A stretch of DNA of 64,000 bases from Calothrix sp. NIES-2100 (GCA_002368195.1 AP018178.1:5081286-5145285); one strand, 5' to 3'; shown: positions 39,370 through 50,254, counted from the stretch's first letter. Made by a program: numbers and translations. The notes: generated by a model not told the origin, from the sequence alone.

Positions 39370-40129
39370 AAGTCCTGACTAGCACGTTTGGCATTCTAAG
39401 GTTGGGGCAGAAATCTGTATATCTCTTGCCTAAGAGTATTTAAAGTTACTAAGGGTTTTACCCCTATCTCTTTTTCTGTTCAGGTATTTTTAACTGCATC
39501 CGGATATTTTTCAATAAGCCTTTGTAAATTTTTTCATCGTTAATCTTACCAAACTTAGCCAAAACTTCAAATTATATATTCTTTTTCAAGTATTTTTTTT
39601 ACAAGGTTATATTAATTACACTGTTTTTTAAAAATATTTAAGTAGTAAAACATACTTTTATTACTTAAATAACAATGGCTTTAAATTAATAAAACCCTTA
39701 CAGGTGAAGATATTTGCAAAAATTATCACTTAAAAAACAAAGTATAAAATATATTTTAAGTACCATGTGACGGTTTATTGACCGACACAAGGTAAGGATC
39801 AATCAAGCTACTGTATCTTTTATGCTGAGGTGAAGCGATTGATGTATTACTACTTACATCTTTTTCCTTTTAACCTACGGGTCTGAATTCAACTACCAGC
39901 GCTGAGGCGTATAAATAGACCCCTAAATATGGAAGTCGCAAGAGAGGAAAAACCCTCTAACATGTAACTTTGAAGTCTCTAGTACAAGATTTTTACCATT
40001 CACAACAGCTTGTGACAGCTTTGCTCTAACTACTCTAATTGACACCTCTTCAGGTTTGCTTCTACCAAAAGTTGCAGCGGAATTGCGATCGCTGTTGAGT
40101 TCATGCGAACAAATCTTTATGAGGATTGA
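39370..40129. promoter_or_regulatory. About 760-bp AT-rich divergent intergenic region
   Basis: No ORFs. Long A/T runs. It lies between the divergently transcribed export operon and the CAP-RTX gene. Confidence 0.35.
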
Positions 40130-42010
40130 TTGATGGCTACAAAAACCTTTGAACAACAAGTTCTCGAACTAACCAACCAAGAACGAGCCAAGCAGGGTCT
40201 TCCAGCACTCAAAGCCAATACAGAACTCAACTATGCGGCGGACAAATATGCAGAGTTGATGGCATCGAAAAATTACTTTAGCCATACAGGCCCGGATGGT
40301 TCCCAACCTAGGGATAGAGCCAAAGCAGTTGGCTTTGAAGCGCAAATAATTGGAGAAAATATCGCTTTTGGTCAAAAAACACCCCAAGAAGTAGTAACAG
40401 CTTGGATGAATAGCCCTGGACACCGAGCCAATATCTTGAATCGCAATTATACTCAACTCGGTGTTGGTTTTGATAAAAAAGATAACGGTTTTTGGGTGCA
40501 AGAGTTTGGTAGTGATGATACTAACCCAGCCAGCAAAATTCCTGGTTCCTCTTCTGGCTCAGGTTCTCAACCCACACCAACACCAACACCAACACCAACA
40601 CCAACACCAACACCAACGAATAATAACGGCACATTTGAACAACAAGTTCTCGAACTAACCAACAAAGAACGCGCCAAGAACGGTTTAGCACCACTCAAAG
40701 GCAATGCAGAACTCAACTATGCAGCGGATAAATATGCAGAGTTGATGGCATCGAAAAATTACTTTAGCCATACAGGCCCGGATGGTTCCCAACCTTGGGA
40801 TAGAATGAGAAAAGTAGGCTTTGATGCTCAAACGATGGGTGAAAACATCGCCGCCGGTCAAAAAACACCCGAAGAAGTGGTGCAAGCTTGGATGAATAGC
40901 CCCGGACACCGAGCTAATATCTTGAATGCCAATTATACCCAACTCGGTGTTGGTTTTGATCACAACTATTGGGTGCAAGACTTTGGTAGTAATGATACTA
41001 ACCCAGCCACCAAAATTCCTGGTTCCTCTTCTGGCTCAGGTTCTCAACCCACACCAACACCAACACCAACACCAACACCAACGCCAACGCCAACACCAAC
41101 ACCAACACCCACTCCAGGCAATAATAATGGTACGTTTGAACAACAAGTTCTCGAACTAACCAACAAAGAACGCGCCAAGAACGGTTTAGCACCACTCAAA
41201 GACAATAAAGAACTTGACTATGCGGCGGACAAATACGCAGAGTTGATGGCATCGAAAAACTACTTTAGTCATACAGGCCCGGATGGTTCTCAACCTTGGG
41301 ATAGAATGAGAAAAGTAGGCTTTGATGCTCAAACGATGGGGGAAAACATCGCCGCCGGTCAAAAAACACCCGAAGAAGTGGTGCAAGCTTGGATGAATAG
41401 CCCTGGACACAGAGCTAATATCCTGAATCGTAATTATACCCAACTCGGTGTTGGTTTTGATCACAACTATTGGGTGCAAGACTTTGGTAGCGATGATACT
41501 AACCCAGACACCAAAATTCCCAATTCCGTATCTAACTCAGGTTCTCAACCCACACCTGATTCTCAAGCTGGTAAGGAACTCAAAGGCACAAACGGTAACG
41601 ATGTCCTCACTGGTGGTACTGGTAATGACAGAATCTGGGGTGGTAAAGGTAACGATACCCTAAATGGAGGTGCTGGAAGCGATCGCCTCATTGGTGGGTT
41701 AGGGCAAGATAAATTAACTGGTGGTGCTGGAAAAGATACCTTTGTCTTTAAACAAGTGCAAGAAAAAGGAGATACTATTACCGATTTTAGCACCAATCAG
41801 GATAAGATTGACTTGCGCGATATTATGGCTGGCCCAGCTTTCACCAGCAAGAACAAATTCTCTGATTACCTGAAATTGCAACAAGTTGGTAGTGATACCG
41901 TTGTTAACTTGGACGTTAATGGTAGTACAAAATCTGGCGGCTTCGAGAAATTAGTTCTCTTGGAAAAAGTTAATGCCTCTAGCTTAAATGCTGGTAACTT
42001 TCTTGTCTAA
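40130..42010 (+). CDS. Secreted protein with three tandem CAP/SCP/PR-1 domains separated by (PT)n linkers, followed by RTX Ca2+-binding repeats
   Basis: The CAP hallmarks 'NYFSHTGPDGS', 'GHRANIL' and 'YTQLGVG' occur three times. Linkers are 'PTPTPTPTPTPTP'. The C-terminus carries 'GGTGNDRIWGGKGNDTLNGGAGSDRLIGGLGQDKLTGGAGKD'. Three ~480-bp DNA repeats are visible. Confidence 0.8.
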   Translation: MMATKTFEQQVLELTNQERAKQGLPALKANTELNYAADKYAELMASKNYFSHTGPDGSQPRDRAKAVGFEAQIIGENIAFGQKTPQEVVTAWMNSPGHRANILNRNYTQLGVGFDKKDNGFWVQEFGSDDTNPASKIPGSSSGSGSQPTPTPTPTPTPTPTPTNNNGTFEQQVLELTNKERAKNGLAPLKGNAELNYAADKYAELMASKNYFSHTGPDGSQPWDRMRKVGFDAQTMGENIAAGQKTPEEVVQAWMNSPGHRANILNANYTQLGVGFDHNYWVQDFGSNDTNPATKIPGSSSGSGSQPTPTPTPTPTPTPTPTPTPTPTPGNNNGTFEQQVLELTNKERAKNGLAPLKDNKELDYAADKYAELMASKNYFSHTGPDGSQPWDRMRKVGFDAQTMGENIAAGQKTPEEVVQAWMNSPGHRANILNRNYTQLGVGFDHNYWVQDFGSDDTNPDTKIPNSVSNSGSQPTPDSQAGKELKGTNGNDVLTGGTGNDRIWGGKGNDTLNGGAGSDRLIGGLGQDKLTGGAGKDTFVFKQVQEKGDTITDFSTNQDKIDLRDIMAGPAFTSKNKFSDYLKLQQVGSDTVVNLDVNGSTKSGGFEKLVLLEKVNASSLNAGNFLV

Positions 42011-42043
42011 TTAATCCAGTTTTTCCGCTCCGTTTGCAGAATC

Positions 42044-42068
42044 GGCGGGGGAAACCCCGCTATTTCTT
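42044..42068 (+). terminator. Rho-independent terminator
   Basis: gcgggg-gaaa-ccccgc followed by TATTTCTT. Confidence 0.6.
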
Positions 42069-42267
42069 AAATTTTGACTCAAACTCGTTCCCTATTAATG
42101 TCAAAGCTCTACAAGCTCTTTTAGATTTTTAGTCTGTGTCGTGTAGCGTTCATCGAAGTTTCGAGCGACGACTTCCGCCGCTCGAACTTTTCTCTATGGT
42201 TGTTAAACTTTCGATAAATGATTTTTTAACCGCAGAGAGCACAGAAAACACAGAGGCTAACTAGCGA

Positions 42268-44136
42268 TTATTTAGCAATATTACCAATCTGATTCCAAGC
42301 ATTCACTACTTCTAAGAGATTTTTCGGCAAGTTCTTTTGAGAAATATCGTTATATCTCACCGTACCTTCTTTACTGGTCAGGGTATAGGTAATATAATCA
42401 GCAGATCCTTGTGGCGCTGGATAACTCAAATTTTGGAATTTGGCAAAGCGCGATCGCTCTAATAACTGCAAAAATTGTTGCACCTGTTGCTGAGAAATCC
42501 GGCGCACACTCCGAGAAGAATCATTAGCATCGCCAATCCGCACTCTAATCAAGGTTCCATCTTTAAGTAAAACAGTTTCATAGGTTCTAGGAGCAAACCC
42601 ACCACTAGAAATCTGCCGAAACACCACATCTCTATCTAACGGTGCTGGGAGTTCATTTGTGGGAATTGGTACTCCACCACCTACTGCACCACCCGTACCG
42701 CTATCAGCAATTGAATTACTCCGCAGCCGATTCCAGCCTTTTAAGACAATTCGTAAATTTTGCGGTAGTTGATATAGAGTAATATTGTTGTACTTGACAG
42801 TACCTTCTGGGCTGGTGAGGGTATAGGTAACGTAATCAGCTGCGCCGCTGGGTGCAGGATAACTTAAATTTTTGAATTCACCAAATTTTTTGCGAGTTAA
42901 TAATTGTTGAAACTGTTGTACCTCTTGGAGAGAAACACGGCGAACTGTACGTTCAGAATCGTTAGCATCACCAACTTTTACCCGAATCAAGCGCCCATCA
43001 TTGAGTAAAACAGTTTCATAGGTTGTACCCGCCAAGCCACCACTAGAGATTTGGCGAAATACGACATTTTGATCTAACGGTGGTGGTAACTCATCTTGAG
43101 GGATTGGTACTGGTGTAACGCTACCAGTATTACCATTTGGCCTATCACTACTAGCAAGCTGGATTTGGGAACCACTTTCATCACTGAGAAATACCCAAGG
43201 ACTGATTCTATTAGCTGATTTTACAAATACTTCCCAGCCAGATACTAGTATTGGATCGCAAAGATTACGAATAGTTGGATTTTCGCAACCCCGAGAAAAT
43301 TGTTTTTGCTTATAAGCAACAATGTTAAGTTCGCTGATAGATAGCTTGGAAACCAGGGAAGCTTGGCGCAAAACTCCATCTTTCACTGTTTGGGGTAATT
43401 TTTGACTAGCAGTTTGGCTAGCTTTTTCATTTAACCTCAGCCCGGAACCTGTTTCATCAGCGTGATATACCAAGCTTTGTCCAACTGCGCCCACAACTAT
43501 CCGCCAACCTGGTACTATAGCTCTGAGACAACCTTCATTAGCATTACCTAATTCTAAACAGCCATCTCTCCAATCTTGTTGTTGAGCTTGAATAATATTT
43601 AGCTGAGAAATCGGTTGTTGCAAACGTGCAGATGCAGCTTGCAAAACTTGATTTTTGACAGATTGTGGTAATTGGGTTGTGGGGTTATTTGTAGGAGTCT
43701 GTGCGGAAGCTAACCGGATGGAACGCCCATTGTTATTAGTGTGATAAACCCAATTTTGTCTACCATCAGATACTACAAATCGCCAACCAGGAACTATGGC
43801 TTGTGTACAGAATTCATCTGGCTGAGATAGTTCTAAGCAACTATTGCGCCAATTTTGTTGGCTGTAATTAATAATTTGCAGTTTTTGTGTTGAGATTCCC
43901 GTTCTCCGAGATAAATCCTGTAGCACCACATTAACTATTGAACGTGGTAATTGGTTTTGGTTTAAATTTTGTGTTAGAACTTCATTTTTTGTGTCTGGTG
44001 AAGTCTCAAGAGCAGCAGCACTACTGTTTTTGATTAATGTCAACCCGCTACCAACTGATAAAATTCCAGTTAACACTAAGGCAGTGAAAATCCGTGCTTG
44101 ATTGCTGGTAGAATAATTACCCAAAGATCCTTTCAT
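42268..44136 (-). CDS. Secreted hypothetical protein with internal duplications (3x ~85-aa N-terminal and 2x ~140-aa C-terminal modules)
   Basis: N-terminal signal peptide. Repeated 'DWR(D/N)(S/G)CLEL...C..AIVPGWR' Cys-pair modules, and a duplicated 'PLD.(N/D)VVFRQISSGG...YETVLL.DG.LIRV..GDANDS.R.VRR' module. Confidence 0.6.
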   Translation of the reverse strand: MKGSLGNYSTSNQARIFTALVLTGILSVGSGLTLIKNSSAAALETSPDTKNEVLTQNLNQNQLPRSIVNVVLQDLSRRTGISTQKLQIINYSQQNWRNSCLELSQPDEFCTQAIVPGWRFVVSDGRQNWVYHTNNNGRSIRLASAQTPTNNPTTQLPQSVKNQVLQAASARLQQPISQLNIIQAQQQDWRDGCLELGNANEGCLRAIVPGWRIVVGAVGQSLVYHADETGSGLRLNEKASQTASQKLPQTVKDGVLRQASLVSKLSISELNIVAYKQKQFSRGCENPTIRNLCDPILVSGWEVFVKSANRISPWVFLSDESGSQIQLASSDRPNGNTGSVTPVPIPQDELPPPLDQNVVFRQISSGGLAGTTYETVLLNDGRLIRVKVGDANDSERTVRRVSLQEVQQFQQLLTRKKFGEFKNLSYPAPSGAADYVTYTLTSPEGTVKYNNITLYQLPQNLRIVLKGWNRLRSNSIADSGTGGAVGGGVPIPTNELPAPLDRDVVFRQISSGGFAPRTYETVLLKDGTLIRVRIGDANDSSRSVRRISQQQVQQFLQLLERSRFAKFQNLSYPAPQGSADYITYTLTSKEGTVRYNDISQKNLPKNLLEVVNAWNQIGNIAK

Positions 44137-44753
44137 ATTCTAGTTATAATCAGTTCCTACTCAAATAATTGCTACTCTGCAAATAAATACCTAAGAGGAT
44201 GTTTGCAACCTCACCCCCTCACCAAATTTTAGATTTTGCGAAAAGTTCGCTCGCCGCAAGCCGACGTTCTGAACTTTTCAAGTTAGATTTTAGATTTTGG
44301 ATTATATTATCCAACTACAATCCTTGCAAGCAAAATTCCAAATTATTTGATCTTCCTTCCCACTTCTTTGTGAGTCAAAACTTTTTTAACTGGAATGGGA
44401 GTTTCAAAGCCTCTATAATCATCAAAGCTGCTCCTACCGCTACTCTTCTCAGAGGAGAGGGGCGCTAGGAGAAGTAGGAGAGAGGTTTTTAGTCAATCTT
44501 GCTACTTGACACACAACAACGCCAAAATCTAAAGCCAAACAGCTGGAAATTAAACAAGCGTCAATCTTCTGATGCAGATGTGAAGATAGACGCTGCTATG
44601 TTGATGATTTGTTCCTAAATTATTAAATGTAGTGTTGCGATCTAAAATTCAGCCGTTCATAAATTTCTACTGAGTGGCTTGAGGTATACCACACCAAAAG
44701 CCCCAGTTAATATCAAACTTAAAATCCACAATAGTATTAAGCACTGAGAAGTA

Positions 44754-45254
44754 TTAAGCACTGAGAACTTGTTGTTCAATCGTCTGATTATTTGGGACAT
44801 CAAATCTAATCGTACTAGCTGCCCAATCTTTTAAATCAGGTGCTAGCCAAACTAGTTTGCGGAGAATTTCATCATTCACCCACAATACTAAAGGGCAATG
44901 AAACTGTTTGCGGAACTCATCTCGCATCAGATTGGTACTAATGATGAGTTCGTTAATATCAATTACAGATTCTAAACCTCTGACCATCAATACATCAGGT
45001 GTGTTAAAACCTACTGTAGTTGAGATGGTTGTATACAGTGTTTCCGTTGCAGGCGGAAGTACAATCTCTTGGATATGGGCCGATGAGAATTCTGTTAACA
45101 GATTTAGTACCTGCTGTTGCCTATTAGCAGAGTTACAAGATACCAAAATTAATGAAAATGCACCAGCAGAAACCATCATCGCTCTTGCGAGTCGTTTGGT
45201 GGCTGCGACAGTATTCCCCATACCGTCTTGTGAATTGTTAAAGCTGCTGATCAT
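44754..45254 (-). CDS. Hypothetical protein (166 aa)
   Basis: ORF only. The N-terminus has a hydrophobic segment followed by Cys ('VSCNS'), a possible lipobox. Confidence 0.35.
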   Translation of the reverse strand: MISSFNNSQDGMGNTVAATKRLARAMMVSAGAFSLILVSCNSANRQQQVLNLLTEFSSAHIQEIVLPPATETLYTTISTTVGFNTPDVLMVRGLESVIDINELIISTNLMRDEFRKQFHCPLVLWVNDEILRKLVWLAPDLKDWAASTIRFDVPNNQTIEQQVLSA

Positions 45255-45743
45255 TATAAAATCCTGCCTTTGGTCTTTAAAAGTACCTTAGCTTTTTCAG
45301 TTTAATTCGTTCACCAAGTAGTTATCCAAAGTATTTTTGGGTAAAATTCGATAACAATTTATTTGATGACCTACAGTAATCTTACGCAAGATTTAATAAT
45401 TGAGGATGGAGTGTGTGACCCCGCATTTACGGTAAATAGATAGAAGGTATGTAATTCAAATAACAACACAGCCAAATTTCCAGGATTGTTGAGTAGTTGA
45501 TACCTAAAAATCACTGTTGGCTACATTACCCTGCCAAAGCGCACAGAGAACAGGAAAGTCAGGGAAAGAAGCTTCAGGTGTCCAGATTTTCTGCAAAACT
45601 CTCCTAGGAGTGGTAAAAATCAGGTTACATCATCGGCGTAAACTCATGACAACAATTGGTATAAATATTTAACCAGCAGGTAACAAAGCAACTTCTGTTG
45701 GGCTATTTAAGTCATGGTTTGTGTTGGAGAACGCCTGTAACAA

Positions 45744-46997
45744 ATGATGAACAAACTGGTGAAGCGGTTAGTGACTGTTGTCAGAGGGAATTTTTACCAA
45801 AGTAGAAAGCGGGCGATATTTGCCATAATATTGACTTTGAGCATGGTAGCTACTGTGATGCTTTCCTTACCCTTAAATGCTCAAAGTCCGCCTTTGCGAT
45901 CGCCTGGAGCGGAATTAAGAGGTGTCTGGTTAACAAATATTGATAGTGATGTGCTATTTGAACAGACTCGCCTCAAAAAATCTTTACAACGGCTGAGTGA
46001 ACTCAATTTTAATACTGTATACCCAACAGTGTGGAACTGGGGCTATACCTTGTATCCTAGCAAAGTTGCTGCCACAGCCATCGGGCGATCGCTCGACCCC
46101 ACCCCCGGACTCCAAGGGCGAGATCTGCTCAAAGAAGTTGTGGAAGAAGGACATAAACAAAATTTAACAGTCATTCCCTGGTTTGAATTTGGTTTTATGG
46201 CGCCGGCTGATTCCGAATTAGCCAAACGTCATCCCCAGTGGCTGACTAATCGCCGAAACGGAGAGCGAATTGTCAAAGAAGGAACCCACGACCGAGTTTG
46301 GCTGAGTCCCTTTCGTCCGGATGTGCAAAAATTTATCCAAGATTTAATCGTTGAAATTGTTAAAAACTATAATATCGACGGTATTCAATTTGATGACCAT
46401 TTTGGCTTACCCTCAGAACTAGGCTACGATCCTTATACAGTAGCGCTCTACAGAAAAGAACACCGTGGTCTTGCGCCTTCGTCTAATCCTAAAGATCCAG
46501 AGTGGGTAAGCTGGAGAGCGAATAAAATTACCGACTATATGAAGCAGGTATTCACAGCCATCAAAGCTGTGAAAAAAGACTGTATAGTATCTGTAGCACC
46601 AAATCCCCAACGTTTTTCCTACGAATTCTTTTTAGCAGACTGGCAGAAATGGGAACGGATGGGACTGGTAGAAGATATAGTTTTGCAGATCTATCGGGAT
46701 GATCTGAATGTATTTGTCAGCGAATTAGAGTATCCAGAAGTAAAAGCTGCCAAGAGCCATATTCCCGTGAGTATCGGCATATTATCTGGATTGAAAGGTA
46801 AATCTATCCCCATGCAACAAATTCAAACACAAGTGCAAAAAGTACGCGATCGCAATTTTGCTGGCGTCGCCTTCTTTTTCTATGAAAGCCTCTGGAACAT
46901 CAGTAAAGAAAAACCCTTAGATCGTCAAACCAGCTTCCAGCAAATTTTCCCCACCCGCACAGCCTACCCGAATCTGCTCACAGGCTGGAAACCTTAG
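45744..46997 (+). CDS. GHL10-type (family-10-like) glycoside hydrolase lipoprotein/secreted protein (YngK-like)
   Basis: Signal peptide. 'RGVWLTN' and a TIM-barrel-like composition, with the conserved 'IDGIQFDDHFG' motif typical of this family. Confidence 0.5.
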   Translation: MMNKLVKRLVTVVRGNFYQSRKRAIFAIILTLSMVATVMLSLPLNAQSPPLRSPGAELRGVWLTNIDSDVLFEQTRLKKSLQRLSELNFNTVYPTVWNWGYTLYPSKVAATAIGRSLDPTPGLQGRDLLKEVVEEGHKQNLTVIPWFEFGFMAPADSELAKRHPQWLTNRRNGERIVKEGTHDRVWLSPFRPDVQKFIQDLIVEIVKNYNIDGIQFDDHFGLPSELGYDPYTVALYRKEHRGLAPSSNPKDPEWVSWRANKITDYMKQVFTAIKAVKKDCIVSVAPNPQRFSYEFFLADWQKWERMGLVEDIVLQIYRDDLNVFVSELEYPEVKAAKSHIPVSIGILSGLKGKSIPMQQIQTQVQKVRDRNFAGVAFFFYESLWNISKEKPLDRQTSFQQIFPTRTAYPNLLTGWKP

Positions 46998-47004
46998 GGG
47001 AAGC

Positions 47005-47170
47005 AGGGGAGCAGCACTTCTCTGCGAGACGCTCCGCGAACGACTACGCTCAGTGACCAGGGAGCAGGGGGAAATGAGCAGGGAGTAAGCAAGCAAAAAA
47101 TTCTTATTCTTTCTTGTCCCTCCGAAGTTCTGAGCGGAGGAAGCCTCCGCTCAGACTTCTCTCCTTGTCT
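47005..47170. repeat. Dispersed repeat related to the 5667-5799 element
   Basis: Shared 'tctctgcgagacgctccgcgaacg'. Local inverted repeat tgagcggagg/cctccgctca. Confidence 0.5.
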
Positions 47171-47208
47171 CCCTTGTCCCATTTCTCCCCACAGTCCCTC
47201 ATCCCCTC

Positions 47209-48708
47209 TTACCCGCCGATTCCCAACCGCCCAGCCAAGCCAGGAGTCAAGGGAAGCAGGGTGCTAATCATTAAAAATAGCGCCAAAAGACCTAAAGCAG
47301 CCCTAGCGTCATCAGGTTCGCTAATTTCATTCAAGCTGGGGCGTTCTAAATCCCGTTGTAAAAACAGAATTAAAATTGCCCAGTACATAGCTAAAGGATT
47401 GGCAAGAGATACAATACCTAGCAAAATTAAAGTTGCCAAGGTTGCTCTTCCTGCGGTTTTGCGTCCATAAATCGCTTGGACAATGCGCCCACCATCTAAT
47501 TGTCCGGCTGGCATTAAGTTTAACGCGGTAATGACTAATCCCAGCCAACCAATGACAACTAAAGGATGAACGTTTACTTGAGGAGACTGTAAAGCCGAAC
47601 CAAGGACAACTCGCGCCAAGCTACCCACCAAAATCGAACCTTGGAAAAACTGATTGGGGATTTGAAATAAACTGCCTGGATGAGAAAGCAACAAGCCGAC
47701 AATCAGCATTAACAAAGAAACTATACCACCAGCCGCAGGCCCCGCCAAAGCCACATCAAATAGTACCGTGCGGTTGGGTAAGAGTGACTCAAAGCGGGTA
47801 ATTGCACCAAAAGAGCCAATTTGCACCGCCGGGAGAAAGAACGGCCAGCTAAGGCGGACTTGGTGACGTTTAGCCATTACCCAATGACCAATTTCATGAG
47901 CCACCAAAATCGTCATTGTCCCAATACCTAGGGGTAAAGTTTCTGGTAAACGTTGTAGTTGTCCCAATAAATCAAAATTCAGCAGTAACCCCGCAGCTTC
48001 CAAACTTGTAGTAATAGTAGCGATGAATAAGATACCCGCAAAAGCTTTTTGGGGTAACGACATCGGGCGCGGGTCATTGCGGCTGGGTAGGACAATTACG
48101 ACAGGCTTACCGTCTGTATTCTCTACTAAAAATAAGCGATAGCGATCGCCTAGACGCTCCTGCAAACTTCCACTCAACCGATTGTGAATTTCCTGCGCTT
48201 CTCCTCGCAGGTTACCTTTAAAAATTACACCTTCCTGGTAGGGGATTGTTTCTGTAGCAAAAAATGTGTCAATGCCAAAAATACCTTTAATTGCATTCAA
48301 ATCATCTTCTGGAATTGAGAGAACCTCAATTTTCAGTTCCCCAACTCCTGGGGAAGACTGGGAATCTGGTGCGGTATTGAGTTCAGGTGAAGCCTCAGCA
48401 GCCAGTCTTTGGGTTGCTCTTTGCTGAAGTAGTGCATCTTGTCCAGCTTTTCGCAACTGCTTCCCTAAGAAAACATACAATCCAGCGGAAGCTACTACCA
48501 AAAACAATATACCCACTATGTTGATGTAAACTCCAGCGGCAAACAAACCAAAGAACAACAGCCAAGGAGCCATCAACACCACCGACTGTAACCAGGCCAA
48601 GATTCCCAGCTTACCAAAAGGTCTGGCGCGATAAAAGCCCCAACCCAAAATGCCAAAAGCTACCAGCACAATTGCTGTAACGATAGAAGTTTCTGATAGA
48701 GTAAACAT
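47209..48708 (-). CDS. Site-2 protease (M50 family) zinc metalloprotease, membrane
   Basis: 'AHEIGHWVMA' HExxH motif within a TM helix. Multi-TM, 499 aa. Confidence 0.75.
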   Translation of the reverse strand: MFTLSETSIVTAIVLVAFGILGWGFYRARPFGKLGILAWLQSVVLMAPWLLFFGLFAAGVYINIVGILFLVVASAGLYVFLGKQLRKAGQDALLQQRATQRLAAEASPELNTAPDSQSSPGVGELKIEVLSIPEDDLNAIKGIFGIDTFFATETIPYQEGVIFKGNLRGEAQEIHNRLSGSLQERLGDRYRLFLVENTDGKPVVIVLPSRNDPRPMSLPQKAFAGILFIATITTSLEAAGLLLNFDLLGQLQRLPETLPLGIGTMTILVAHEIGHWVMAKRHQVRLSWPFFLPAVQIGSFGAITRFESLLPNRTVLFDVALAGPAAGGIVSLLMLIVGLLLSHPGSLFQIPNQFFQGSILVGSLARVVLGSALQSPQVNVHPLVVIGWLGLVITALNLMPAGQLDGGRIVQAIYGRKTAGRATLATLILLGIVSLANPLAMYWAILILFLQRDLERPSLNEISEPDDARAALGLLALFLMISTLLPLTPGLAGRLGIGG

Positions 48709-49180
48709 CTCTAAACCTTTGATTTTGAGACCGAGCTAGTACAGCTGCGGTATTGCAGGTACATTAATTAATCTATAACGTTGCCTGTGGCTTACCCAAA
48801 TTTTCATCATAAATTCTGGCGTTTCACCCGACCTAGCATTTGACCATTTAAACTTTGCGTTCTTCGTAGTCAGTACTTTAGTGCTAACTACGAACTTAAT
48901 TAGGGCGGGTTACGGGTATGTAAGACAAATTCAAAAAATATTTGTTACACATGAATTTATTAAATATAAAAAACTCCACCAACAAAGCGGAGTTTGTGTC
49001 AGTGGTCAGTGAAAAAAAAGATTTAAAAACTGCTCATACTAATTTTCTATGAAGATGCATATAATTAGCCTGCTTAGGCAGGCTTTGTTTGTATAGCCCC
49101 AAACTTGGTGGGTGAGGGCGTTAATGTGCAAACTCACATAGAATTGGGGACATCCAATTTTTTAAATACCCAATAAATTT

Positions 49181-49283
49181 GTAGTGCGAACGCGAGAGCG
49201 TGTCCGTTGGCGCAGCCTCCCGCAAGGAAGGACAAACGTCTCGGAAGCTGATGTTCATTCATCGAGCAAGATGCTCGCACTAC
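49181..49283. ncRNA. About 100-nt structured element (outer 9-bp stem GTAGTGCGA/TCGCACTAC enclosing two internal hairpins). Function unknown.
   Basis: Stems cgagagcgtgtcc/ggacaaacgtctcg and cgagca-aga-tgctcg, seen directly. It overlaps a weak 90-aa ORF. Confidence 0.3.
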
Positions 49284-49481
49284 GGAATATGGGTAATTTA
49301 TTTTTTTTAAATCCCTTGGTATCACAAGGAAGGCATGAAATCCGAGCCAAACACAACTGACAAGTGACACAGCTTCGCGCCCTAAAAAAAAGGCAAAATT
49401 CAGCAATATTGTGTTGAATTTTGCCTTTTTATTTGAGATAATAGATGTGTTACTTAATCTAAAAATATTCTTGATGCAATT

Positions 49482-49874
49482 CTAGAGGGGTAATCCAGGT
49501 AATCCTTGTAAATTGCGATAAGCACTAACGCAAGCAGGGCAATCACAACCAAATAAAGCTATAGCTCCATTACTCTCTGCTTCACTAAATTCGAGTTTGG
49601 CAGCATCGCTAGTTGTTCCTTGGTTTGATGCCACAACTTGTGTTGATTGAGCAGCAACAGCGTTATTTTTACTCCGCCGAATACAGACCAAAGGTGTGGG
49701 ATAAGCACCGTGAGGAGAATGTACACATGCACGACCATCAGCAGTATAAATGACTTCGGTTGAACGAAGAGCTGCATGAGCAGGGTGACCCATCATCACC
49801 ATAGACAGCATCGATGTAAATACTGTAGGAGTGGAGAGCAAATGCAACAGAAATTTTCTATTCATATCAATCAA
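49482..49874 (-). CDS. Small secreted hypothetical protein with a CxCxxC motif
   Basis: Signal peptide 'MLSMVMMGHPAHA'. C-terminal 'FGCDCPACVSAY'. Confidence 0.45.
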   Translation of the reverse strand: MIDMNRKFLLHLLSTPTVFTSMLSMVMMGHPAHAALRSTEVIYTADGRACVHSPHGAYPTPLVCIRRSKNNAVAAQSTQVVASNQGTTSDAAKLEFSEAESNGAIALFGCDCPACVSAYRNLQGLPGLPL

Positions 49875-50040
49875 GAACCTTTTTCAATTCAGTAAAACTA
49901 AATCCGGAAATTTGTTGCCTAATTTTTGTTTAATCTTTTACATTTTCATCCAAAACTTTTTTACATTTGAAAGTAAAACATAAAAGATTAAGAAGCATTT
50001 TAGCAGAAGCAATTTATCAAATATATATCTGTGGAAGTAC

Positions 50041-50086
50041 CATTGATATGTCATTGATATGTCATTGATATGTCATTTATGTGTTA
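50041..50086. repeat. 10-bp tandem repeat (CATTGATATGT)x4
   Basis: Direct read. Confidence 0.9.
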
Positions 50087-50254
50087 CTCATGACACATCT
50101 TTAAACAGGAATTCCGGTAGAGTTATTAACAATTGGACAATATAAAGAAATATTAAGTATGGTGGGCATTGCCCACCATATCCAGAGAAAAAAGCGAATT
50201 TTTTGTGATCCGCAGCTTGAGCGAGATAGCAGATGAACTTAGATAGACTTAATA

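Noticed and set aside
40169-41479. Minus-strand ORFs (110, 97, 97, 65 aa) antisense to the CAP-domain gene
   Set aside because: These are shadow ORFs, triplicated because the sense gene is triplicated. The sense strand has clear CAP motifs.
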